Origin: an uncultured Actinomycetes bacterium
GTDB taxonomy: Bacteria > Actinomycetota > Thermoleophilia > Gaiellales > Gaiellaceae
Direction: 5' to 3'
Assembly (NCBI GenBank): GCA_963747125.1
Contig: CAVVEN010000007.1
Location: 16,287 to 80,286, forward strand
DNA length: 64,000 bases
Part shown: one piece after another, positions 48,128 to 58,002 of the stretch
Layout of the letters: every line of letters starts with the position of its first letter
Numbering within the stretch: the stretch's first letter is position 1
Notes under the pieces: generated by a model
Seen by the model: only the letters and a program-made list of their open reading frames with translations
Databases searched by the model: none
Told to the model about the DNA's origin: nothing
Translations under genes and position numbers: made by a program

Positions 48128-48915
48128 TCACCGGGGCGGGCGGGCAGCTCGGGCACGCGCTCGCCGGCGCGTTCGCCGCGGACGACGTGCTCGCCCTCGA
48201 CCGGGCACGATGGGACGTCCGTCACGAGGCGCCTCGCCTTCCCTGGAGGCCCGACCTCGCACTCCACGCCGCGGCCTGGACGAACGTCGACGGCGCGGAG
48301 GACGACCCGCAGGGCGCCGCCGCGGCAAACGTCGCCGGGACGGCGCACGTCGCCGCCCTCGGCGCGCCGCTCGTCGCGTTCTCGAGCGACTACGTGTTCG
48401 ACGGGACGAAGGGCGCGCCGTACATCGAGTCGGACGCGCCCGCGCCGCTGTCGGCCTACGGTCGCTCGAAGCTCCACGGCGAGGCGGCCGCCGGCGAGCA
48501 GGCGTGGGTGGTGCGCTCCTCGTGGCTCTTCGGCGAGACCGGGCACAACTTCGTGCGGACGATGCTCCGCCTCGGCGCCGAGCGGGACGAGGTGGCGGTC
48601 GTCGACGACCAGCGCGGCTCGCCCACGTACGTCGCGCACCTCGCCGCCGCGACGCGGGAGCTGGTCGACGGCGGTGCCGCGTTCGGCATCTGGCACCTCG
48701 CCGCCGACGGTGACTGCACCTGGGCGGACTTCGCGGAGGCGATCTTCGAGGAGGCGGCGCTCGACTGTCGCGTGCGGCGGATCACGACCGCCGAGTTCGG
48801 CGCGAGGGCGCCCCGCCCGGCGGTCTCCGTTCTCCGCAGCGAGAAGGGCGCCCCGGAGCTACCGCACTGGAGCGAAGGGCTCCGGGCCTGCCTCGCGTCG
48901 CTGGGCTACGACTGA
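48079..48915 (+). CDS. rmlD: dTDP-4-dehydrorhamnose reductase
   Basis: ITGAGGQLG, SSDYVFDG, YGRSK, DQRGSPT, RP. Confidence 0.9.
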   Translation: MEHDDPDSLRARRRTLITGAGGQLGHALAGAFAADDVLALDRARWDVRHEAPRLPWRPDLALHAAAWTNVDGAEDDPQGAAAANVAGTAHVAALGAPLVAFSSDYVFDGTKGAPYIESDAPAPLSAYGRSKLHGEAAAGEQAWVVRSSWLFGETGHNFVRTMLRLGAERDEVAVVDDQRGSPTYVAHLAAATRELVDGGAAFGIWHLAADGDCTWADFAEAIFEEAALDCRVRRITTAEFGARAPRPAVSVLRSEKGAPELPHWSEGLRACLASLGYD

Positions 48916-48987
48916 CGCGCCGCCGCGAGAGCGGTGATGCCCTCGAGCCCGCGTGCCATCGGCCCAGCCGTGGTTCCAGGCGACGAG

Positions 48988-49137
48988 CGGCCGGCTTTGC
49001 TGCCGGGAGGCCAACCGACTCGACGCGAGCGGGGCGTGGCGGCCGGAGGCCGGCTCTGCCGGCCGGGAGGCCAACCAGCAATGGCGGGACAGCACGCCAG
49101 AGGAGGGGGTCGTGGGGGAACCAGGGGTTCCCCCACG
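48988..49137 (+). repeat. Dispersed two-hairpin repeat, copy 3 (module A duplicated)
   Basis: CCGGCTTTGCTGCCGGGAGGCCAACC...GGCCGGCTCTGCCGGCCGGGAGGCCAACC...AGGAGGGGG.CGTGGGGGAACC-AGG-GGTTCCCCCACG. Confidence 0.8.
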
Positions 49138-49153
49138 TCGTCTACCCTTCCCG

Positions 49154-50147
49154 ATGCGCGTGCTCGTCACCGGTGGCGCCGGTTTCATCGGCTCGCATTT
49201 CGTCAGGCGGCTCGTGGCCGGCGACGACGACGTCGTCGTCCTCGACAAGCTCACGTACGCGGGCAACCCGGCGAATCTCGACGGGACGGGCGTCGAGCTC
49301 GTCGTCGGGCGACATCGCCGACCCCGAGGCCGTGGAAAAGGCGGCGCAAGGGCTGCGACGCGATCGTCAACTTCGCCGCCGAGACGCACGTCGACCGCTC
49401 GATCCTCGGCCCGCAGCGAGTTCGTCCATACGGACGTGCTCGGCACGATGACCCTGCTCGAGTGGGCGCGCGCCGCCGGCGCGCGCTACGTCCAGGTCTC
49501 GACGGACGAGGTGTACGGCGATCTCGAGGCCGGCGGGCGCGCGCTCGAGACCGATCCGCTGCGACCGTCGAGCCCCTACAGCGCCGCGAAGGCCGGCGGC
49601 GACCTCCAGGTGCTCGCCTACGTGCGGACGTACGGCATCCAGGCGTCGATCACGCGCGGCGCGAACACGTACGGCCCGAACCAGTACCCGGAGAAGCTGG
49701 TGCCGCTGTTCGTCACGAACGCGCTCGACGGCGCGCCGCTCCCGGTGTACGGCGACGGCAAGCAGGTGCGCGAGTGGCTGCACGCCGAGGACCACTGCGC
49801 CGGCATCGATCTCGTCCTGCGCGAGGGCGGCCCCGGAGAGATCTACAACATCGGCGGCGAGGACACACGAGAACCTCGAGGTCACGCATCGCATCCTCGA
49901 GCTCACCGGGGCTGACCCTGCCCTCGTCCGGCACGTCGAGGACCGTGCGGGCCACGACCGCCGCTACGCGCTCGACGACGGCAAGCTGCGCGCGCTCGGC
50001 TGGGAGCCGCACCATTCGTTCGGCGAGGGCGGCCTGCCAGAGACCGTCGACTGGTACACGGCGAACCGCGCGTGGTGGGAGCCGATCAAGTCGGGCGAGT
50101 ACCGCCGCTACTACGAGGAGCAGTACGCCGAACGGCTCCGGGCCTGA
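49154..50147 (+). CDS. rmlB: dTDP-glucose 4,6-dehydratase with four +1 frameshifts
   Basis: TGGAGFIG, AAETHVDRSI, STDEVYG, SPYSAAK and GHDRRY lie in successive frames (shifts near 49308, 49348, 49413, 49865). Confidence 0.85.
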
Positions 50148-50172
50148 CGGCCCGCAGCCGATGGGTTTGACG

Positions 50173-51531
50173 ATGCGCGTCGCCGCAGTCATCGCCGTGC
50201 TGCTGGGTTTCGCCGCGGCGAGCGCGACGGCCGCAGCACCGAAGACGCCTGCTCCCGTCTTCGTCCTCGCAGGCGGCGGGTGGGGGCACGGCGTCGGGAT
50301 GAGCCAGTGGGGGGCGTACGGCCAGGCGAAAGCGGGCCGCGACTACCGGCAGATCCTCGCGACGTACTACCGCGGCACCGAGATGGGCTCGGCGCCGGAC
50401 ACGCTGATCAAGCGTGTGCGGGTGCTCGTCGCCGACGGCGCCGCCGCCGTGACGGTCGCGAACGTCGCCGCCGTGTTCGACGCCGCGGGCAAGCGGTACC
50501 CGATTCCGGGCGGCACGGTCACGACCGGCTCCGACCTGAAGCTCCCGGTCGGGAAGGCCGGCAAGCCGCTCGCCCTTGCCGGCCCGGTCACGATCCGGGC
50601 GGCGAAGGATGCGTTCCTGTCGTACGGCGGCAAGGAGTTCCGCGGCGACCTGCGGGTGGCGAACCTGTCGGGCCGCGTTCAGCTCGTCAACGTCGTCGGC
50701 CTCGAGGCGTACCTGCTCGGCGTCGTCCCCGGCGAGATGCCGAAGGACTGGCCGCTCGCCGCGCTCGAGGCCCAGGCGGTCGCCGCGCGGACCTACGCCG
50801 TCGGAAACATCGTCAAGGGACGCCCGTTCGACCTCTACTCGGACTGGCGCAGCCAGGTCTACTACGGCGCCGCCTCCGAGGCGCCGGGGCCGTCACAGGC
50901 GGTCCGCGAGACCAGCGGCCAGATTCTCACCTTCGACGGTGCCGCCGCGCAGACCTTCTACTTCTCGTCGAGCGGCGGCAGGACCGTGAGCGCGCTCGAC
51001 GCGTTCGGCCTCGACCTCCCATACCTCGTGTCGGTCGACGACCCCTGGGACGCTGTCTCGCCGAACCACGCGTGGCCGCCTCAGCTGCTCACCGCCTCCC
51101 AGCTCGCCACCCGGCTCGGCCTGAAAGACCCGGTCGCGGACGTCGCCTACGTCGCGGGCACGCCGGGCGAGCCCGCGGTTGTTCGCTTCACGACCGCGGA
51201 CGGCCGGACGACGGACAGGCGCCTGACGGACCTCCGGACGACCCTCGGGCTCAAGTCGACGGGCTTCCGGCTCGGCGTCCTGCGCCTCGACCCCCCGGCG
51301 CCGCCTGCGGGCAAGAACGCCTCGCTCCAGCTCACCGGGGTCGCCCGCGACGTCGCCGTCGCGACCCTCGAGCGGCGCACGCCCGCCGGCACCTGGGCGA
51401 CCGTGAAGCGGCTCTCGCCCGCCGCCGACGGCAGCTTCGCGGTCACGCTCAAGCCGAGCGGGACGACGACGTACCGGCTCTCTGCCAGCGGATTGAGCGG
51501 CCCACCGCTGACGGTCCGGGTCGCCGCGTGA
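50173..51531 (+). CDS. Secreted SpoIID/LytB domain protein
   Basis: GWGHGVGMSQWGA, LEAYLLGVVPGEMP, AQAVAARTYA, SQVY, SSSGG.T. Confidence 0.9.
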   Translation: MRVAAVIAVLLGFAAASATAAAPKTPAPVFVLAGGGWGHGVGMSQWGAYGQAKAGRDYRQILATYYRGTEMGSAPDTLIKRVRVLVADGAAAVTVANVAAVFDAAGKRYPIPGGTVTTGSDLKLPVGKAGKPLALAGPVTIRAAKDAFLSYGGKEFRGDLRVANLSGRVQLVNVVGLEAYLLGVVPGEMPKDWPLAALEAQAVAARTYAVGNIVKGRPFDLYSDWRSQVYYGAASEAPGPSQAVRETSGQILTFDGAAAQTFYFSSSGGRTVSALDAFGLDLPYLVSVDDPWDAVSPNHAWPPQLLTASQLATRLGLKDPVADVAYVAGTPGEPAVVRFTTADGRTTDRRLTDLRTTLGLKSTGFRLGVLRLDPPAPPAGKNASLQLTGVARDVAVATLERRTPAGTWATVKRLSPAADGSFAVTLKPSGTTTYRLSASGLSGPPLTVRVAA

Positions 51532-53183
51532 GCCCGCGCGCCCTCCTCCGGGCGCTCGCCGTCTGCGTCGCGCTCGTCCTCCCGGCGCCGGCGGTCGCCG
51601 CGGGGACGACCGTCGGGCTCGACCCCGGGGCCGACCCCGGCACCGTCGCCGCGGCGATCGAGCACGCGACGGGAATGCGCCCGACGAGCCTCGCGCCGTT
51701 GCATGCGCTGTCGGTCGACGCGCGGCCCGATCGGCTCCGCGGCATCGCGGGGGTCGCGTGGGTCGAGCCCGACCGCATCCGCCGCGTGTCGTTCGTCCCG
51801 ACGGATCCTCTCTCGCCGAAGCAGTGGTACGCGGTCTCGAACCGGGCGTACGACGCCTGGGAGACCCCGCCGCCGCTCGCACCGGTTCGCGTCGCGGTGA
51901 TCGACTCCGGCATCGACCTCGGCCACCCCGACCTCGCCCGCCAGGTTGCACTGGCGCGAAGCTTCGTCGGCGGCACGCCGCAGGACACCCGCGGGCACGG
52001 GACGGTCGTCGCGGGGATCATCGCGGCGCAGCTCGACAACGACGTCGGGATCGCAGGGCTGGCCCCGGCCGCGGAGCTCGTCGTCGCCAAGGTCGTAGCG
52101 CCGAGCGGGACAATCTCGGTCCAGGCTGAAGCGCGAGCGATCCGCTGGGCCGTCGACAACGGGGCACGGGTCGTCAACGTCAGCCTGGGCGGCCTGCGTG
52201 ACCCGCGGAATCCGAGTCGCGACACGTACTCCCGTCTCGAGCAGGACGCGATCGGGTACGCGGTGAAGCACGGCGCAGTCGTCGTCGCCGCTGTTGGCAA
52301 CGCAGATCAGGCCCCCCGGACGCCGTGGCGCTTCGCCAGCTACCCCGCCGCGCTCCCCCACGTGCTCGGGGTGAGCGCGCTGTCGCGGAGCGGCGCCTCG
52401 CCGGCGTTCTCGAATCGCGATGCCGTCTACAACGACGTCGCCGCGCCGGGGGAGGACATCCTCTCGACGTTCCCCCGCTCGCTGACCGGGGAGCGCCCGG
52501 CGTGCACCGACCAGGGGTACACGCTCTGCGCGACCGACGAGTTCCGTCCGCCCGAGGGAACCTCGTTCGCGGCACCGCAGGCCTCCGCGGTGGCGGCCAA
52601 CCTGCTCGGCGCACGACCCCTCCTGCGGCCGGAGCAGGTGACGGCGATCATCGAGCGAACCGCGGCAGATGCGAGCGCGGAGACAGGCTGCCAGGCCTGC
52701 GCGGCGGGACGCGACGCGTACACCGGCTGGGGCGCCCTCGACGGGACGGCCGCGATCGAGTCCCTCGCGCGCCCGCTGCCGCCGCAGGACGCCCACGAGC
52801 CGAACGACGACGCGGGCGACGACGCGTATCGGCTCTTCTTTCCCCCGGGCGACAAGGCGCGCGTCGTGAAGGCGTCGCTCGACTTCTGGGACGACCAGGA
52901 CGACGTGTACGCGATCTATCTGCGCCGCGGCGAGAAGCTCTTCGCATCGGTCGTCGCCACCGAGCGCGCGCGCCTGGCGGTTGCGCTCTGGCGCCCGGAG
53001 ACCGTTTCGGTCGCCGACCTCGCGCGGCAGGACCTCCGCGTCCGCCTCTCGAACCGCCCCGGCCGGCGCCAGCATGTCGCCTGGACAGCGGACGAGACGG
53101 GGTGGCACTTTCTCCAGGCTCGGCTCACCGCGCCGGCGGGAAGCCCAATCGCCTATCGGGGCTCGATCGTCCGCACGGAATAG
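51528..53183 (+). CDS. Secreted S8 (subtilase) serine peptidase
   Basis: VIDSG, HGTVVAG, AAVGN, GTSFAAP; signal peptide. Confidence 0.92.
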   Translation: MSPRALLRALAVCVALVLPAPAVAAGTTVGLDPGADPGTVAAAIEHATGMRPTSLAPLHALSVDARPDRLRGIAGVAWVEPDRIRRVSFVPTDPLSPKQWYAVSNRAYDAWETPPPLAPVRVAVIDSGIDLGHPDLARQVALARSFVGGTPQDTRGHGTVVAGIIAAQLDNDVGIAGLAPAAELVVAKVVAPSGTISVQAEARAIRWAVDNGARVVNVSLGGLRDPRNPSRDTYSRLEQDAIGYAVKHGAVVVAAVGNADQAPRTPWRFASYPAALPHVLGVSALSRSGASPAFSNRDAVYNDVAAPGEDILSTFPRSLTGERPACTDQGYTLCATDEFRPPEGTSFAAPQASAVAANLLGARPLLRPEQVTAIIERTAADASAETGCQACAAGRDAYTGWGALDGTAAIESLARPLPPQDAHEPNDDAGDDAYRLFFPPGDKARVVKASLDFWDDQDDVYAIYLRRGEKLFASVVATERARLAVALWRPETVSVADLARQDLRVRLSNRPGRRQHVAWTADETGWHFLQARLTAPAGSPIAYRGSIVRTE

Positions 53184-53300
53184 CCCGGGCTACCCCGGAG
53201 GAAGCTCTCCGGAATCTCCCGGCAAATGCGCGCGCGTATTTCCGGGGGCGTTCGGACCACCAATCGGGAATATCCCGACGAGAATCGACGGCCGAGTTCC

Positions 53301-53437
53301 TAGCCTGGGTCGTGTCAGAGCGGGACCGGACGGGCGACCCGACAGCGCCCGGCGGTAGCCGAGACGGAGACAGAGCCCGGCGGTAGCCGACACAGCCGGC
53401 TCGGCCCGTGTCCCGCGCCACTCGAAGGAGGGACACG
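53301..53437 (+). promoter_or_regulatory. -10 box and structured 5' leader with tandem repeat and SD-overlapping stem
   Basis: TAGCCT at 53301; 25-nt direct repeats at 53341-53365 and 53369-53393; CGTGTCCC (53407-14) pairs with GGGACACG (53430-37). Confidence 0.55.
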
Positions 53438-53584
53438 ATGCAGCGGACCCTGCGCACGCCTGCCCTGCTCGCCGCGCTCGCGGCGATCCTGGCCGGCCTC
53501 ACGCTCGGCGCAACGACGTCGCCGGCGCTCGCCGCCGGTCACCCGAAGGCGATGCCGCCGATCGGCTGCGGCGTCGGCTGTTAG
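53438..53584 (+). CDS. Small secreted peptide (48 aa) ending CGVGC
   Basis: AAGGAGG SD; MQRTLRTPALLAALAAILAGLTLGATTSPALA|AGHPKAMPPIGCGVGC. Below the ORF-track size cutoff. Confidence 0.7.
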   Translation: MQRTLRTPALLAALAAILAGLTLGATTSPALAAGHPKAMPPIGCGVGC

Positions 53585-53744
53585 AACTCGTTTCAGGATG
53601 ACGCTTCGCCGGCGGGGCGTTCTGGGCGAGCGCGATGCGAGGACGCAGGGAGGCCAATAGCAGCTGCTATTGGCGCGACCGAGGACGAAGCAGGGCGCCG
53701 CACAGGACGACCCGACGGCTCAAGGCTTCATTCTGAAACGAGTT
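53585..53744. mobile_element. MITE-like element (160 bp)
   Basis: 17-bp terminal inverted repeats AACTCGTTTCAGGATGA / TCATTCTGAAACGAGTT (one mismatch); central 22-bp perfect palindrome at 53653-53674. Confidence 0.7.
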
Positions 53745-56700
53745 TTCGGGCCCTCGGTGAGGGGAGCTCGACCGGGCTCCCCTCCCACTCTCGGCCGCCG
53801 AGCGTGGCGAGCCGCGCCCGGGCGAGCTCGGCGCCGCGGGCGTTGCCCTTGCTCTCGAACAACGCGATGCCCTCCCCCGCGGCCGCGTCGGCCTCGGCCG
53901 GCCTGCCGGCGTGGTGGAGCACCTCGGCGAGGTCGGTCACGGCTGCGGCTTGATCGTTGATGGCGTCCGTCAGCTCGAGCATCGCGATCGCCTCGCGGGC
54001 GAGCCGCTCACCCTCGGCCGGGACGCCCGTGGCCGCGCGGGCCTTCGCGAGCGAGCGCCGCCACCCGACCTGCGCCGTGACGTCGTCGGCCGGGGCGAGG
54101 AGCCGCGCCCGCTCCGCGTGCTCGACGGCTTCGCGGAACCGATCCTGATGACACAGGGCGTCAGCCAGAGCGGCCTCGAGCGTGGCGAGCCAGGCCTTGT
54201 CGCCCCGGGTCTCGAGCCCCGCGCATCCCTCACGCAGGATCTCCTCGGCGGCAGCGGCGCGACCGTCGAGCATCTCGACCCAAGCCGATGCGGCCACCCA
54301 GTCGCTCGGCGGCTCGCTGCCGCGTTCTTCCAGGAACGCTCGGGTGCGAGCGAGTGCCTCGCGCGCAGCTCCGCCGCGTCCTCGCATGGCTTCGAGGGTG
54401 GCGACGAGCAGCAGGATGTGCGGTCGCGCGGTGGGGTCTCCGGCCTCGCCCTGCACCAACCGCTCGCAGCGGTCGATCGCCGCGTCGACCCGCTCCGGAC
54501 CCGCGGTGACGGAGGCTGCCAGCAGCGAGAGGCAGGCGGCCGGCGGGCGGATAGCCGCTCGCGTGGTGATGCGCGAGCGAGCGCGTCGCCGCGTCCTGAC
54601 AGGCGGCCCATCGACCGTGGAGGCTCCGCACGGCGGCGATCAGAAGCCACGCGCGGCCGAGCCCCCGCTCGTCGCCGTCGCCCTCGAAGGCGGGAATCAC
54701 CCTGTCCGCCAGCTCGACGATCTCGTCGCCGTGGATCTCGCCGCGCAGATACCGGGGCCACGCTCGCTCGAGCTCGGCGCGTCCCTGGAGCCGGGGGATG
54801 CCCGCCGCACGCGCGACGTCGGACGCCTCGGCGAGCGTCGCCTCCGCGCCGGCGTCGTCGGAGACGAACTTGAGCACCGTGCCCAGCTCGCAGAGCAGCT
54901 CGAGCCGCCGCGTGTCGGACTCCGGGAGCAGCGACGTCGCGCGGGTGAGCAGGTTGCGAGCCGCCGGGGCGTCGTACCGCTTCCAGGCGTGGATTCCCGC
55001 CTGCCCCAGCCGGCGGCCCGCGTCCTCGGCGAGGCGGAGCGCCGCGCGGTCGGGCGGCGCAAGCTCGGTGCGGAGCACGTACGACCGCTCGAGGTGGTAG
55101 CCGACGAGCCTGTCGTCGGCGGACTCCCCGTCGAGCCTGTCCGCGAACCGCTCGTGGAGGTCGGCGCGGAGCCGCTTCGGCGCGGCTCGATACGCCGCCT
55201 CCTGCACGAGCACGTGACGAAAGCGGAACGTGCCGTTCGCCCGCAGCTGGACGAAGCCCCGCCTCGTGAGGGCGTCGAGATGCCTTGTGGCGGTGGGCAC
55301 CGCAACGGGCTCGAGCAACCCGGTCACGTGGTCGCTCGTGAACTCCCGGCCGACGACCGCGGCGCGCTCGAGCACGGCGCGCTCGCCGGGCCCGAGGCGG
55401 TCGAGGCGCGCCGCCAACAGCGCCTGGATCGTGGCGGGCAGGCTCTCGTCCGCGGCGAGCAGGTCGCCCTCGGCCGCGAACGCGACGAACTGCTCGACAA
55501 ACAGCGGATTGCCCTCCGCCGCCGCGAGGACGCGGGCGCGGACGTCGCGCTGCAGCGGCGCGCCTCCGAGCAGCTGATCGACGAGCGCCTCCACGTCTGC
55601 GACGGCCAGGCCGTCGAGTTCCACGCGGGTCGCGTTGGCGCGATCCTCGAGGAACGCCGGACGCTCGTCGAGCAGCTCCTCGCGCGCCAGCGCGAGGACG
55701 GCGATGCGCCCGCCGCCGTGGTCGACGAGGTGCTCGACGAGGTCGAGGAATGTCGGCTCGGCCCAGTGGAGGTCGTCGAGCGCGAGCAGCAGCGGGCGTC
55801 GCCGCGCACGGGCGTCGCACCAGCGCACGAAGGCCCAGGCAATCTCGGACGCGGGGCCGTCGAGCGCGGCCAGCCGATCGGCGACGGTCTCGGCGTCCCG
55901 CTCGTTGCGAAGCGACGCCCGGATCGCGTCGCGATCGTCGCCGACGATCTGGCGAAGCGGCCAGTATGTGATGCCCTGTCCGTACGACGGGCAGCGGCCG
56001 ACGACCACGTCGAGCCCGCGCGCGCCCCGCACGACCTCCCGCGCCAGGCGCGACTTGCCGATCCCGGCGGGGCCGTAGACACACACCGCCCGCACCGTCG
56101 ACCCGACCCGCGCCTCGCGGAGCACGGCGCGGAGCGCCTTGGCCTCGTGCGCGCGCCCGACGAGCGGCGTGTCGAGGAGGTTCGAGGAGGGTTGTGTATC
56201 TCCCGGAACGCTTATGACCCTGAACGCGGGAACGGGCCGGCTTCGGGCCTTCAGATCGAGCTCGCCGAGCGGCTCGACGTTCGCGGCTGCGCCGAGCAGC
56301 CGTCGCGTGAGCGGCCCTATGACCACCTCGCCCGCGCCCGCGGCCTGCTGGAGCCCTGCCGCGACGCCGATCGCCTCGCCCGTCACGAGCTGCTGGCGAC
56401 CGCCCGTCCCGGACGCGAGCACCTCCCCCGTCGCGATCCCGACGCGGACGTCGACCCGGGTTCCGCCCTCCGTCTCGACTCGCAGGCGCTCCACCGCGGT
56501 GCAGATGTCGACACCCGCGCGGGTCGCGCGGAGCGCGTGGCTCTCGTCGGCGGTCGAGACGCCGAAGGCGGCCATCACCGCGTCGCCGGCCATGCGCTCG
56601 GCGGAGGCGCCGTGGCTGCTCACGATCGAGGAGACCACCTCGTAGAAGCGACGGAGCACGTGGTGGAGCGCCTCGGGATCGAGCTCGTCCGACCGCGAGG

Positions 56701-57526
56701 ACGCCAGGATCTCGGCGACGAGGATCGTGGCGAGGCGCCGAAACTGCATCGACGCTCGCGGCGCCGAAGCCCGAGCGCCCGCGAGGAGCAACGACTCGTC
56801 CTGACGCAGGATCGCTGCGTGCAGGGTGCGAAGCTCGGGGCCGGGCTCGATGCCCAGCTCCTCGACGAGCACCGCTCGCGCGTTCCGGTAGGAGGCGAGA
56901 GCATCCGCCCGCCGGCCGGCGCGGTAGAGCGCGAGCATCAGCTCTGCGTGGAGGCGCTCGCGCAGAGGCTCCTGCGCGACGAGCGACTCGAGCTCCGGCA
57001 CGAGCTCGAGGTGACGCCCGAGCGCGAGGTCGACGTCGATTCGCTCCTCGAACGCGGCCTGACGGAGCTCCTCGAGCCGTCGTATCTCGGCCTGCGCAAA
57101 CGGCTCGTACGCGAGGTCGGCGAGCGCGGGGCCGTGCCACAGGCCGAGCGCCTCGCGCAGGATCGTTGCGGCGGTCTCCTCGTCCTGCATCGACCGCGCA
57201 GCGCGGGCCTCCCCGAGCAGGTGCTCGAAGGCGGGGACGTCGACCCCTACGCGACCGGTGTCGAGTGCGTAGCCCGGGTCCCGCGTCAGCACCGCCTCGT
57301 GGCCGAGTTGCTTGCGTAACTGCGAGACCGCGTTGTGGAGCGAGGCGACGGCGGTGCGCGGCGCCTCGACGCCCCACAGGTCCTCGACGAGCCGGTCGAC
57401 CGCAAGCGGCTCTCCCGCCCGGAGCGCGAGAAGGGCGAGGAGCGCTCGTTGACGGCGCTGACGGACGAGAACGACGCGCTGTCCGTCGACGATCGCGACA
57501 GGCCCGAGCAGCCGCACGTCCACCAC
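53728..57526 (-). CDS. SARP (wHTH-BTAD)-class III cyclase-like-AAA ATPase-TPR regulator, +1 frameshift near 54541
   Basis: RLLGP, ALGLWHGPAL, PLRE..LMLALYRAGR, MAGDAVMAAFG, RVGIATGE, GPAGIGKS, DDLHWAE, GNPLF; TPR tail in the second frame. Confidence 0.85.
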
Positions 57527-57560
57527 CCCCTTGTAACACCGCAGGCGGCGGGCGAGAAGG

Positions 57561-57587
57561 GGCTAGACCGGGTTAGACCGGGGTTAG
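57561..57587. promoter_or_regulatory. Direct repeats with 10-11 bp period upstream of the SARP regulator
   Basis: GGCTAGACCG GGTTAGACCG GGGTTAG. Confidence 0.45.
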
Positions 57588-57754
57588 CGCGACACCCGAC
57601 CCTGTTCGGCATGCAGTGGCTTCTGCGCACACGGGAGCAGGACGTGAATGCCGCCGCGGGCGCGCACCAATACCGCGAGATCCGGGTCAACCCCGACTCC
57701 GGTTCCACGTGCGCCCGGTGCCCGGCGGACGCCGACCGCCCTAGCGTCGGTCCC

Positions 57755-57898
57755 ATGACGAACGAACGGACACACGAGCCCTCCGCAGCCGAGCTGGCGC
57801 GCCTCCGCGAGGAGATCCGGCGCTACCTCGCAGCGGTCGACGAATTCCGGCGCCTCGGGTGCGAGCCGCGCTGGCGGACGGAGGAGGCACGCTCATGA
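57755..57898 (+). CDS. Small hypothetical protein (47 aa)
   Basis: TAGCGT 7 nt upstream; MTNERTHEPSAAELARLREEIRRYLAAVDEFRRLGCEPRW...; ATGA coupling to the next ORF. Confidence 0.6.
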   Translation: MTNERTHEPSAAELARLREEIRRYLAAVDEFRRLGCEPRWRTEEARS

Positions 57899-58002
57899 AA
57901 AGGCACCTCGCACGGCTGGCCGAGACCTCCGTCGGTCTCGCGCTGTGTCTCGCCGGGTGGATCGTCCTCTGCGAGCTCCTGCGATTTGGGTGGGCGCTAT
58001 GA
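57895..58002 (+). CDS. Small membrane peptide (35 aa)
   Basis: GGAGG SD; MKRHLARLAETSVGLALCLAGWIVLCELLRFGWAL; ATGA overlaps at both ends. Confidence 0.55.
   Translation: MKRHLARLAETSVGLALCLAGWIVLCELLRFGWAL

Noticed and set aside
53341-53393. Tandem repeat as mini-CRISPR or guanidine-II riboswitch
   Set aside because: Only two units with a 3-nt gap, no cas genes, and loops are GGUA rather than ACGR.
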